A stretch of 64,000 nt of DNA from Ignavibacteriota bacterium. Lineage in GTDB: Bacteria; Bacteroidota; Ignavibacteria; UBA10030; CAVZMI01. The stretch is taken from NCBI GenBank assembly GCA_963776275.1, contig CAVZMI010000015.1, positions 110,984-174,983 of the forward strand, given 5' to 3'. A program made the position numbers and the translations under genes. The notes under the pieces are model-generated. The model ran no database searches, was not told the DNA's origin, and saw only the letters and a list, made by a program, of their open reading frames with translations. Shown piece after piece: positions 29,168-39,357 of the stretch (its first letter is position 1; the number at the start of each line of letters is the position of its first letter).

Positions 29168-30913
29168 ATGATCCTCGGCAGTATTCTTATTATTGTTGCA
29201 CTCTGTGCGGCAATTTTCTCTGGCTTGCAATATTTATGGATTGAATTATTTGTATCTGATGTAATGAAAAATCCACGCGGGCGTTTATATGTCCGCGTCG
29301 GTTTTACCATTTTAATTGTTATTACATCACACATTATCGCTTATGCCCTGATCACTCATCAATTTATTGGTGCACTCTGTGCAACAATATTCTTTGGTTT
29401 GCTATTATATTTTTTAATTAAATTATTTGCATTGGCAGATGCAATAAAAAATCCGCGCGGGCATTTATATGCACGCGTTAGTTTTACCATTTCAACTTTT
29501 GCTGTTGGCACTGCGTCGGTCATTCTCATCTATGCCCTGGTCACGCATCAATTCCAGGTTTCGTATGTCTCGCAATATAGTTCGCTCAACCTGCCGCTGG
29601 GATATCTCATTTCGGCGTTCTGGGCGGGTCAGCAGGGTACATTCCTTCTCTGGATTTTATTGATATCGGTCATGGGGCAGGTGTTTATCAGAACAGCCAG
29701 GCAATTTGAAAATTATGGAATGCTGTTCATTAATATTATTCAGGCCTTGCTCCTTGCGATATTGGTGAAAAGAAGTCCGTTCGAATTACTGCAGCATGTT
29801 CCTCCTGACGGTGCAGGTTTAAACCCGCTTCTTCAAAGCCCATGGATGGTGGTTCATCCGCCGATTCTCTTTATCGGATACGCCGCCATGGCGTTTCCTT
29901 TTGCAATAGCACTCGCGGCACTCTCACGGCGTGAATATGGGTCGTGGATCTATAAAGCACTTCCGTGGGCGCTCTTTACGGCGGTGATGCTCGGTGCCGG
30001 TATTGTCATAGGCGGATTCTGGGCATACGAAGTGCTCGGCTGGGGCGGATACTGGGGATGGGATCCGGTGGAAAACTCTTCGCTTATTCCACTGCTCACG
30101 GTTCTTGCACTGGTGCACGGTCTGCTGATTCAAAAAAACAAAGGAGCACTTCAACGGACAAATTTTTTTCTCGCCATACTCTCGTTCATCCTCGTTGTGT
30201 ATGCAACTTTCTTAACACGGAGCGGTATCCTTGCCGATTTTTCCGTTCATTCGTTTCAGGACCTCGGTATAAATACATTTCTCATTCTCTTTGCCGTTGT
30301 CACCACGTTATTTGGTGCCGGGATGCTCGGTCTCCGGTTCGGTGAAATACCCGCTGCACGGATCGATAGTAGTTCACTCAATCGCCAGAACGCACTTTTT
30401 TTCAGCATGTGTGTTCTTTGTGCATCGGCTCTTGTCACCTGGGTGGGAACATCACTCCCGATCATCACAAAATTGTTTGGAAAAATATCGCAGGTTGATA
30501 TAGCATTTTACAATAAAGTAAACCTGCCGATCGGGATTCTCATGGCGCTGTTGCTCGGGATTACCCCATGGTTGATGTGGAAAGAGGATGGATATTTCAA
30601 TGCACTTCGCAGATCGATAGTTCCTTTTATTCTCGGAATCCTTACGGCGATATTTTCCTTGATCGCAGGAATTACGGAAGTGGAGTTTCTTCTCTTTGCA
30701 TTTGCGAGTGGATTTGCATTCTGGACGAACCTCCATTTTGCGGGTCCGAAATTGGAAAAACGGATGGCTCACAATCGGTGCACCCCTTTCGCATATTGGC
30801 GTATCGTTGATGCTTATTGGCATCATTGTCTCGGGTCAACTTACAAAGACGAAACAGATAGTTCTTACACGAGACGTACCAGGACAAATCTTCGGGTATA
30901 CTTTTGTATATAA
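29168..30913 (+). CDS. ccmF: cytochrome c biogenesis heme lyase CcmF/NrfE, N-terminal part
   Basis: FWAGQQGTFLLW, GLNPLLQ, HPP, WAYEVLGWGGYWGWDPVEN, TRSG, SVHSF; frameshift near 30735. Confidence 0.92.
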   Translation: MILGSILIIVALCAAIFSGLQYLWIELFVSDVMKNPRGRLYVRVGFTILIVITSHIIAYALITHQFIGALCATIFFGLLLYFLIKLFALADAIKNPRGHLYARVSFTISTFAVGTASVILIYALVTHQFQVSYVSQYSSLNLPLGYLISAFWAGQQGTFLLWILLISVMGQVFIRTARQFENYGMLFINIIQALLLAILVKRSPFELLQHVPPDGAGLNPLLQSPWMVVHPPILFIGYAAMAFPFAIALAALSRREYGSWIYKALPWALFTAVMLGAGIVIGGFWAYEVLGWGGYWGWDPVENSSLIPLLTVLALVHGLLIQKNKGALQRTNFFLAILSFILVVYATFLTRSGILADFSVHSFQDLGINTFLILFAVVTTLFGAGMLGLRFGEIPAARIDSSSLNRQNALFFSMCVLCASALVTWVGTSLPIITKLFGKISQVDIAFYNKVNLPIGILMALLLGITPWLMWKEDGYFNALRRSIVPFILGILTAIFSLIAGITEVEFLLFAFASGFAFWTNLHFAGPKLEKRMAHNRCTPFAYWRIVDAYWHHCLGSTYKDETDSSYTRRTRTNLRVYFCI

Positions 30914-31544
30914 CGGTATGACAGCCGGAGAAGACGGGAAAGACCGACTCAATATGAAATTTTCCACACCCGGTGGTTCGGAATATTCTGCTGTCCCGAA
31001 GTTATATTTTAATACAACATCGAACGGACTCATGCGCGAGCCCGAGATCCAGACCTTTCCACTTCAGGACATATATATTTCTCCGCTTGAGAAACCGGAA
31101 CAGGAACGGAACGACCTTGTGTTGGGAAAGGATGAGACTGTCGATTTTAATAAATATCGGATACACTTTGTCGATTTCGAACTTGGAAATCATGGAAGTA
31201 GAGACAGCATCCGTGTAGCCGCAAGAATTGAAGTCACGGCAGAAGGAATTACAACTACGCTCTCGCCTGCTATGATCATTGCTAAGGGTAAACGAAAAGC
31301 CGATGCGCTTTCCCTTCCTACGCTTTCATCAAAAGCAGGTGGAGGTGCATTCATAAGTCTTGAAGGTGTCGATGTCACGGCAAAATCGGTTCATCTGACG
31401 ATTGCAGATGATAACTCCGATCAGGTGGTAGTTGAAGTAAGTATGAAACCGTTCATGAACGTACTCTGGCTGGGGGCGATTGTGATGGTCGTTGGCGTTG
31501 GAGTCGCAATTGTAAAACGTCTCCAATGTGATCCGTTAATGTGA
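30696..31544 (+). CDS. ccmF: CcmF C-terminal part (frameshift fragment)
   Basis: LSHIGVSLMLIGI, REPEI, DIYISP, KPFMNVLWLG. Confidence 0.85.
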   Translation: MHLRVDLHSGRTSILRVRNWKNGWLTIGAPLSHIGVSLMLIGIIVSGQLTKTKQIVLTRDVPGQIFGYTFVYNGMTAGEDGKDRLNMKFSTPGGSEYSAVPKLYFNTTSNGLMREPEIQTFPLQDIYISPLEKPEQERNDLVLGKDETVDFNKYRIHFVDFELGNHGSRDSIRVAARIEVTAEGITTTLSPAMIIAKGKRKADALSLPTLSSKAGGGAFISLEGVDVTAKSVHLTIADDNSDQVVVEVSMKPFMNVLWLGAIVMVVGVGVAIVKRLQCDPLM

Positions 31545-31681
31545 TTGGGAGTAATGAGGAGAAGGAGAAATTCTGTAACAATCAGAAGTGAAAACGAGTC
31601 GTTATCTGAAAAAGAGAATAGCAACGTTCTCTTCCGAAAATGGCCATAGGGTAAATTTTCAATAAAAAGGAAACAGTAATT

Positions 31682-34600
31682 ATGGAGTGCACTGGAATAC
31701 AATATCGGTCTTGGCGAAACATTCTTTACCATTATCTATGGCTGTTTGTGGTGATTATTACAATCAATTCCCTTTGTCTATTTTCACAGCAGGTTGATCC
31801 GGGGTGGAATGTGATTCGCTCAACTCCATCGGAGTTGATTATCGAGTATCGTCCGGTATATCTCCCGTCGAAAGAGGTGCATATTGGTCAGCAAACTTTT
31901 ACAACGATAGATTTTCTCGGATCCATTTCTTTTTCTTATCAGCATGAGGGATATCCCGATATTCGTTTCGCCAGCAGTTGCATCGGTGTTCCATCACGCA
32001 CGATTCATACGACAATTATTGCGGCAACATATGATGAGGTTCCCGGAATAAGTCTTCCTCCGATTCAAGTAATGGACGGCCGGATAAATGAAGCTGCAAC
32101 CGAGAATAACCGGCAAAAAAATCCTGCATTCAATCAGGCGGCATATTCTTCGATGATATACTTGCCCGATACACTCGCACGTGTTATAGAAATCCGTGAA
32201 GTACAGCAAATGCTTGTGGCAAATATTGAAATCTTTCCTGTTCAATTCAATGCAGCGGCGCACAGTGTACGGAAATACAACCGAATTGTAATACAAATTC
32301 AATTTGGGATTCCAGCAGTCTATACTGTCCCAGCTGCATCCCCATCTCCGATTCTCTCGGTGATGTTGAATAAAGAGACGGCACGCAGTTGGAGAACCCG
32401 GCTGCCGGTCCTGAAAAAAGTACCGACCCCGAGTGTTCTCGCCAGTGGCGAGTGGTACAGGATTGAAGTAAAAAACACTGGTCTTTATAAACTCGATTAT
32501 ACGATGTTAAAAATTGCCGGTATAAATGTCGATCAAATCGACCCACGGACAATAAAAATTTATAATAACGGTGGAAGAGAACTCCCCGAACCTCTCTCGG
32601 TATCCCGCCCAAGTGATCTTGTTGAAAACTCAATCCTGGTGAACGGTGAAGAAGACGGAAAATTCGATCCGACGGATGTCATTCTATTCTATGGAAGATC
32701 GCCCCGCGGGTGGACGTACGATCAACTTAAAAAAACATTTCGTCATTATATCAACGATTATGCGGAATCAAATTATTACTGGTTGACATATAACGGGGTT
32801 CCCGGTAAACGGATGTCGGTCGTACCCGAAACGGAATCGCAAAATCCATATCGACCGTCGGGTATTGTCGGTAAAATCTTCTATGAAGAAGAAATGAACA
32901 AGATAATTCTCGGCGGTGCAGATGGATCCGGCCGCGCGTGGTATGGACCCAAATTGACCTCTCAGTTAAATTCACTTTCACGGCGAGAGACGCTCTCTGA
33001 TGCCATTCCGGGAAATCCTGTCAGAATCAGAGTCAAAGCTGTGGGTCGTGCTGATCAGAGAACGACCATGCTTGTGTCGCAAGATAACAATGCTCTGGGC
33101 TCAATCGCCTTCTCTGCGGCGTCAAGTAGTGAGGAAGCGGATGAACCGGGACAAGTCGAATTTATTGGAAAAGTTCCTACAGGTACCGCTCAAACGATGA
33201 TCCAATTCCAGTACGGGTGCCAAAGCGTTGCTGCAGAGGCTTATCTTGACTGGTATGATATCCTTTATTGGCGGGAGTCGCGTGCAATCAACGATGAATT
33301 ACCGTTTGATGCACCTGATACGAATGCAGTCGTTCTATACCACCTCGATGGATTTTCTTCGACAGATGTGAAGATTTTTGATGTTTCGGATTATGCTAAT
33401 GTGAAAATCATGCAAATGCATGCGGCGGCATTGACGGGGTATGAGCTACAGGTTCGGGCATCCTCCGGAAGCATATCGTCATATTTTGCCGTCGTATCGT
33501 CCGCATATAAAACACCCCTGGGCATTCAAAAAATGGCAAATTCGAACCTGCATGAGATCGATCCAAGTGCCGATTTGCTCATTATTACCCATAAAGATTT
33601 TTGGGATGCGGCATCACGTCTGGCAACTTATCGAAATGCGGCTGGACGAAATTCCATGAAAACCGCAGTTGTCGACGTGGCAGATATATATAATGAATTT
33701 TCCTCAGGTCAATTGGATCCGGTGGCGATCCGCGATTACATCCGACTTGCATACACTTCTTGGAAACATCCGCCAAAGTATGTTCTCCTCTTTGGAGATG
33801 GGACATATGATTTTAAAAATATTCTTGGCCGTGGACTGGAATGGATCCCGCCATATGAAACCGAAGAATCGCTTAATTACATTGACAGTTACACCTATGA
33901 TGATTTCTATGTTATGCTTGATCTATACAGCAAGCTTCCAACAATTGCTATCGGACGGATTACATGCCGCTCACTCGATGAGGCCAATATATGGGTAGAT
34001 AAAATTATCAACTATGAAACAAGTACGGATTTTGAAGAATGGAGAGACCTCCTGGTGTTTTGTGCCGATGACGGACTGAAATCGGAATCGCAAATAAACA
34101 GCGAGCCATATCATACAGAGGATACAGAGGCACTGAGCAATCTCTCTGCGTTAAAACGGTTTGATCAAAAAAAGATATATCTCGTTGAATATCCAACTGT
34201 GTTAAGTTCAAGCGGGCGCACAAAACCAGATGCAGCAGAAGCATTAATTAATCAGTGGAATCGCGGGGCATTGATGATCAGCTGGATGGGACACGGCAAT
34301 CCAGAATATTGGGCTCATGAACATGTTTTTGACCGGACAAAAACAATACCGCGATTAAACAACGGCAGTCGACTCCCTCTTGTTACTGCAGCGACATGCG
34401 ATTTTGGACACTACGACGCACTCGAGCAAAGTAGTGCTGAAGATCTGGCAAGCAGGAAAGAAGGAGGATCGATAGTCACAATTGCGACCTCACGTCCTGT
34501 CTTTGGTTCATTCAATGCAATGTTCATGATTTCATTGTATAAGGAATTACTCGGCCGGACCGATTCGATAGGACAAATTAGCCGTCTCGGCGACGCATGG

Positions 34601-35755
34601 ATCCGGGCAAAACAAAATCCTTCAGATCTCACAAACAACCAGAAATTTCTCATCATCGGAGATCCATCGATTCTTCCACTGGCACCACGAGCATTAATAG
34701 TAATCGATAGTATTAACGCCATAGGCGCAGGTGAAACCGGCACGATTCTTATTCCAGCCCTGAAAAAGACAACAGTCCAGGGTCACCTTCGCCCGCCTCT
34801 TGACGTTCCGGGCACACAACCGATGCAAGTTTCATTTGTTGTCAGAGATGGAAATAAGCATGTATCTCTTGTTGATGAATTGGACGGCCATTTTGATTTT
34901 AACAAATCCGGTGAAATACTTTTCCGAGGAATTGTTACGGTCCCGAATGGAAAATATACCGGCACATTTATCCCTCCTAAGGATATCTCGTACTCGGATA
35001 ATAACGGACGCATCACCCTCTATGCCAATGATGGTACTCAGGATGCAGTAGGGTATTCAAATTCTATCTTGATAGGAGCTGTAGACAGCACGACAGTTAC
35101 TGATACACAGGGACCACAAATTTCGCTCTTCCTCCAGTCACGGAATTTCCAATCGGGCGATGTTGTCAATGAAAATCCCACACTCTATATCGATCTCTTT
35201 GATGAAAACGGTATCAACCTTTCAACGGCAAGTATAGGTCACGGACTCGATATGTGGCTTGATGAAGCGTCGAAAAGTGTTCCTTTATCAGAATATTATC
35301 GCAGCGCACCCGATTCATATCAAAAAGGGACAATTGAATACCCGCTTCAATCACTCTCATCAGGCGATCATACGCTGAAGGTGCGAGCTTGGGATGTGTT
35401 TAATAATTCAACAACAGCTGAAACAAAATTCCGGGTTGTATCGAGTGACGTATTCGTTGTAACCGATGTCATGAATTATCCAAATCCATTCTCGTCACAA
35501 ACAACATTTACATTCAATCAAAATCAGATCGAAGGCGTCGATGTCGAAGTAAAAATTTATACAGTTGCCGGCAGATTAATCCGAACATTGAAAGAACCGG
35601 GAATATCCGAGAGTTTTGTACGAATCCCATGGGATGGAACTGATGGAGATGGATCGCCGCTTGCCAATGGTGTCTATCTGTACAAGGTAATTGTGAAAAC
35701 TGTAAGCGGTGATAAAACGCAGGAAGTCCTTGGCAAACTGGCAGTCCTGAAATAG
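31682..35755 (+). CDS. porU: type IX secretion system sortase PorU (peptidase C25)
   Basis: LASGEWYRIEV, IYNEFSSG, LLFGDGTYD, catalytic GHG and ATCDF, VRAWDVFNN, NYPNPF C-terminal domain. Confidence 0.93.
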   Translation: MECTGIQYRSWRNILYHYLWLFVVIITINSLCLFSQQVDPGWNVIRSTPSELIIEYRPVYLPSKEVHIGQQTFTTIDFLGSISFSYQHEGYPDIRFASSCIGVPSRTIHTTIIAATYDEVPGISLPPIQVMDGRINEAATENNRQKNPAFNQAAYSSMIYLPDTLARVIEIREVQQMLVANIEIFPVQFNAAAHSVRKYNRIVIQIQFGIPAVYTVPAASPSPILSVMLNKETARSWRTRLPVLKKVPTPSVLASGEWYRIEVKNTGLYKLDYTMLKIAGINVDQIDPRTIKIYNNGGRELPEPLSVSRPSDLVENSILVNGEEDGKFDPTDVILFYGRSPRGWTYDQLKKTFRHYINDYAESNYYWLTYNGVPGKRMSVVPETESQNPYRPSGIVGKIFYEEEMNKIILGGADGSGRAWYGPKLTSQLNSLSRRETLSDAIPGNPVRIRVKAVGRADQRTTMLVSQDNNALGSIAFSAASSSEEADEPGQVEFIGKVPTGTAQTMIQFQYGCQSVAAEAYLDWYDILYWRESRAINDELPFDAPDTNAVVLYHLDGFSSTDVKIFDVSDYANVKIMQMHAAALTGYELQVRASSGSISSYFAVVSSAYKTPLGIQKMANSNLHEIDPSADLLIITHKDFWDAASRLATYRNAAGRNSMKTAVVDVADIYNEFSSGQLDPVAIRDYIRLAYTSWKHPPKYVLLFGDGTYDFKNILGRGLEWIPPYETEESLNYIDSYTYDDFYVMLDLYSKLPTIAIGRITCRSLDEANIWVDKIINYETSTDFEEWRDLLVFCADDGLKSESQINSEPYHTEDTEALSNLSALKRFDQKKIYLVEYPTVLSSSGRTKPDAAEALINQWNRGALMISWMGHGNPEYWAHEHVFDRTKTIPRLNNGSRLPLVTAATCDFGHYDALEQSSAEDLASRKEGGSIVTIATSRPVFGSFNAMFMISLYKELLGRTDSIGQISRLGDAWIRAKQNPSDLTNNQKFLIIGDPSILPLAPRALIVIDSINAIGAGETGTILIPALKKTTVQGHLRPPLDVPGTQPMQVSFVVRDGNKHVSLVDELDGHFDFNKSGEILFRGIVTVPNGKYTGTFIPPKDISYSDNNGRITLYANDGTQDAVGYSNSILIGAVDSTTVTDTQGPQISLFLQSRNFQSGDVVNENPTLYIDLFDENGINLSTASIGHGLDMWLDEASKSVPLSEYYRSAPDSYQKGTIEYPLQSLSSGDHTLKVRAWDVFNNSTTAETKFRVVSSDVFVVTDVMNYPNPFSSQTTFTFNQNQIEGVDVEVKIYTVAGRLIRTLKEPGISESFVRIPWDGTDGDGSPLANGVYLYKVIVKTVSGDKTQEVLGKLAVLK

Positions 35756-35898
35756 AAACGTTGTCTGCACCGTCGCCATATCCATTTCAGCGGAATTATA
35801 GAAGTAGGATTAGTCCGCTATGCGCATCGGTATCGCGAGTCGGGTGTAAATATACCCTCCGCCTTTCTGGAAGAAGAATGGGTAAGAATCAATCCGGA

Positions 35899-36396
35899 TC
35901 AACGAATATTGTTTATGCGGTTCTTCGCACTATCGTGATTACTTTTCATGATGTTCGGAATGAGCGTGAAACGCCGGTTTTCATCCGATAGTTTGTTCTC
36001 TAGACCGATGTACTTTAGGTAATAGGCCTGGTTCATCTCCCTCATAGTGTTTGTTTGGGTCTTCGGGTCATTGGTCTTCGTTTGTACAGCCTTATTCAGA
36101 TCTGCCTGCCATCGATTGGCGAGATCATAAAGTCGTTGGCTGGAGTTTTTCAGCCACAGGGTAAAACGATTCGCCTCGGTTTGTTCGGAGGCGGGAAGAT
36201 TCGCAGGAAGAGGTTGATTTGCAAGTTCTTGCAGAGCCTTTGCCGTCTGCCGTAATATCTCGATTCGCTGCCTAGCAAATTTGGGTGTCTCCATTTGTTT
36301 GTCCTGTCCGAACGTCGTGCCGTCTATGACAGGTATAATAGCCAGTGAAGAGATTAAAATAAGGTTACATAGGAACGAAGTAGTTTTGGATTTCAT
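35899..36396 (-). CDS. secreted helical hypothetical protein
   Basis: Signal peptide, GAGG SD, coiled-coil-like composition. Confidence 0.75.
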   Translation of the reverse strand: MKSKTTSFLCNLILISSLAIIPVIDGTTFGQDKQMETPKFARQRIEILRQTAKALQELANQPLPANLPASEQTEANRFTLWLKNSSQRLYDLANRWQADLNKAVQTKTNDPKTQTNTMREMNQAYYLKYIGLENKLSDENRRFTLIPNIMKSNHDSAKNRINNIR

Positions 36397-36423
36397 TTTT
36401 TCCTCTCTGTCTATTACACCATC

Positions 36424-36451
36424 GTGGGGACGTTGTCAACAGCGTCCCCAC
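36424..36451. repeat. REP-like hairpin
   Basis: gtggggacgttgtcaacagcgtccccac; related to the 54109-54138 palindrome. Confidence 0.6.
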
Positions 36452-36456
36452 ATTTA

Positions 36457-36648
36457 TGTACCGGTGGCCCGATTCGAAGCGATCTCAGTAAATTGTTCGA
36501 GAAAGTCTTCACGATTTCTATAGGTGACTTCAGCCGTAAAAGTGCAAGGTTTAAACGAAAATCATAATCGCAACAGAATCATAACTGCGACAATATCTTC
36601 CGCTCGTGAGAGTTATGGGATTGAGTTGCAGTTACGATTCTAATTGCA
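36457..36648. repeat. about 190-bp imperfect direct repeat, copy A (starts with a tRNA-Met 3'-end-like motif)
   Basis: Colinear with 37605-37795 by eye. Confidence 0.75.
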
Positions 36649-36672
36649 CAGGATTCTTTCATCCGAATGTCA

Positions 36673-37272
36673 TTACTGGACTGCATATCCTGCAGGAACT
36701 TTGAATTTTTCTTCTGATACTTTTACATTTTCCTCTACTTTAACAGCTTTTTGTAATGTTTCAACACTTGTTGTCTTAACATGTAAATACATCAGAATCT
36801 TATTCCAACCTCCATATACAGTGACGGTTCCTTTTCCATCATCCGAGCCGAATGACTCACAATTCTTTCCAGCAATAGACATTGCAGGCATTTTTTTTAT
36901 CTTACCCGACTGACGGTCTTTTTCAGTTCCGAAATCCGTCCATTCTATGCGTAATTCAGTACCCCTATATGCATCGCCCCGCTTGTAAGCGATTTTTTTT
37001 GTAGGGCTCACTGAATATAAACTTTTTCCGTTGCTAAAGTAGGTTTCTTCCAATTTATTATCTTTAGAAAACGTTTCTCTGCATTCCTTCATACCGTAAT
37101 CGTCGAAATACACAATTGTATTCTTTTTAATTTCCATTGTACCCACTTTCATAGTCATATCATATTTTACGATACCGGACTTGATATCGTATTTTTTGAT
37201 CTGACTCCTGAGCGGAGATGCAAGCATTAAAAATGTTGCACAGAATAGTAAAAATATTGTATAGGTTTTCAT
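36673..37272 (-). CDS. secreted hypothetical protein (DUF4412-like)
   Basis: Signal peptide, YFDDYGMKE, IAGKNC, FKVPAGY C-terminus; GGAGG SD. Confidence 0.75.
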   Translation of the reverse strand: MKTYTIFLLFCATFLMLASPLRSQIKKYDIKSGIVKYDMTMKVGTMEIKKNTIVYFDDYGMKECRETFSKDNKLEETYFSNGKSLYSVSPTKKIAYKRGDAYRGTELRIEWTDFGTEKDRQSGKIKKMPAMSIAGKNCESFGSDDGKGTVTVYGGWNKILMYLHVKTTSVETLQKAVKVEENVKVSEEKFKVPAGYAVQ

Positions 37273-37604
37273 TCGACCTCCTGACAGAAAAATAGACGAT
37301 TATTGACGATAAAACTAATGAATCTCGGCACGAATGGCAAGCTTTTTTAGCTTCCCATGTTGAATATTCGTTTGGTCTGGAAAACTCTGAGAATATACAT
37401 ATAAATATAGAGCCCCTCATCATCCACAGACAAGGGCCTTTTTTATTTCGTCGTAATGTATCAGTATTCTTCAGGCGAAAGAATAATGAAAAAGCCGAAC
37501 TAAAACGAATCCGGCTTTCTTCTGCGCACAAACAATACGCTGTTTTAAATCAACAGCGCTCCTTTAAACATTCACAATTCTGAACTCTGAATTCACTATT
37601 TACA

Positions 37605-37795
37605 TGTACCGGGGGAGCGTCTTAAAACGCTTTCAGCAAATTGTCCGAGAGAGTATTCACAATTCCGGTAGCCGACTTTAGCCGGAAGTCTCGAAAAATA
37701 AAGCAATAATCGTAACAGTAACAGGATCGTAACTGCGACAACGACTTGCGCTCGTGAGAGCTGTGGATCTGAGTGGCAGTTACGGTTTTCCATTG
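37605..37795. repeat. about 190-bp imperfect direct repeat, copy B
   Basis: Colinear with 36457-36648; begins tgtaccgggggag. Confidence 0.75.
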
Positions 37796-37868
37796 TTCCC
37801 CACTTTAATCCATATCATCCTTTTTACAGACTTAAAATAGACCACTTTGGGGGGAAGGTCAGATACCC

Positions 37869-38009
37869 TCACAGAATTCCGAATATTTTTAAAACTATCA
37901 CGAGAACACCTAAAGCCATCACACAGAGAAGAAATATCAGTATAAATTTTTTTCCAGGACTTAATTCATCGGTCATTTGTTGTTGCTTTGAAGAATCATT
38001 ATGTGTCAT
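37869..38009 (-). CDS. small single-TM membrane protein
   Basis: GGAGGT SD before ATG at 38009; MTHNDSS...FILIFLLCVMALGVLVIVLKIFGIL. Confidence 0.6.
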   Translation of the reverse strand: MTHNDSSKQQQMTDELSPGKKFILIFLLCVMALGVLVIVLKIFGIL

Positions 38010-38128
38010 GATAACCTCCCATTTGGTGGAACACGTTAAAATACAAATGACATCGACATTCATCTACCGTAGATGAAATCGACGTATTGCATTCCTGACT
38101 ACTGAATAATACTGTTATAGGAAGAATA

Positions 38129-38479
38129 TCATGATACAGGCGGGTCTCTGGAAAGGTATCGGAGATAGATAGCCTGCGTAAATTGATTAACCTCAGGCTG
38201 AATGGGAAGTAATACAGAGATTGAGTGAATCACCAATCCATCGACAGCAATGATCGCTGCGGAATGGACTGTGGTCTCCTGAAGGAGATGCTTCTGTGGG
38301 ATTTGGAAACGATGTTCTTTCGGAATTGGATATTTTGAATCGTGAGTGGGCGAACCATAGGTATACGCACTGTCGATAACTATTGTCGTTTCTGATTTCA
38401 CGGATTGACCGGCATATATGGTCGTCGGAAATCCGGCAATGACAAAAATAAATATACTATGGAGTAATACAGATTTCAT
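38129..38479 (-). CDS. exported hypothetical protein ending in RDPP
   Basis: Signal peptide; C-terminal YLSRDPPVS. Confidence 0.6.
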   Translation of the reverse strand: MKSVLLHSIFIFVIAGFPTTIYAGQSVKSETTIVIDSAYTYGSPTHDSKYPIPKEHRFQIPQKHLLQETTVHSAAIIAVDGLVIHSISVLLPIQPEVNQFTQAIYLRYLSRDPPVS

Positions 38480-38707
38480 TGCGAGAAGATAAGGAATTCC
38501 TGTTCTACAAACAATACATTTTTCAAATGGCTTTCTTGCTTAGATCTCTCTAAATCGATTATGTCAATGAATTTAGAGTGAAGAATGGAAGGTTGAAAAG
38601 GAAAAAGAAAAAAAGGTGAGAATTTAGATATGATAATTAAAGGGCGGTTTTACTTTAGCCAGCCACCGAAACATTCACAATTCACTACTCACAATTCACT
38701 ATTGACT

Positions 38708-38852
38708 TGTACCGGGGGAGGGATTCTCCGCCGCAATGGACCGAGCTCTGGAGGCGGATCAGCCTCACCGATTTATAATGCGTGGCTGAGAATACATACC
38801 ATCCCTTCGGGATGGTAGTACTGCTCGCTCCGCTTGCTGCCCACGACCTACG
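38708..38852 (-). pseudogene. tRNA-Met 3'-half duplicate (att-like) with two palindromic insertions
   Basis: tgtaccgggggagggattc|63 nt|gaa|47 nt|cccacgacctacg matches 44154-44188. Confidence 0.8.
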
Positions 38853-39357
38853 TATTTCAATACTAAGCACAAGACGATGCGGGAAAAATCTAATGCTAAA
38901 TCACAGCCGAGTTTTTATTCACAAGTCAATCTTCACAATTCACTATTTGTTTGTACCGGGGGAGCGCCATGTAACGTCGGGAAGAATTCTCACTCCCTCT
39001 TTTTTGCTCGAAACACCCACTTTTTGTTGGGAAGAGTCATCTTTTCGGATTAATGACAAATCATTCCTACCTGTTCGTCTTCTAGAACTGCCAAGCGGAT
39101 ACATTCACGGGAATCTGCCTTGTATCTTGTCTTTAAACTTGTTACAGCAATACAACAAAGGTTCAGAAAAATCAATGCTTATAAACCTGTAAATGAAACA
39201 ATTAACCAATTAAAACTAAAATCTAAGCCCGGGTTACGGCGGGTCGCTTAATTATTTTTTAAAAAACTATTGACATTAACTCATTTTTATACTAATTATG
39301 GTTAATAAAATTAACTTGTTTATATTTGTATCAATATTTATTTTTAAACATAAAACA

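Noticed and set aside
38630-39192. ORFs 38630-38818, 38685-38870 and 38782-39192
   Set aside because: They run through tRNA remnants and heptamer tracts, with no SD or recognisable domain
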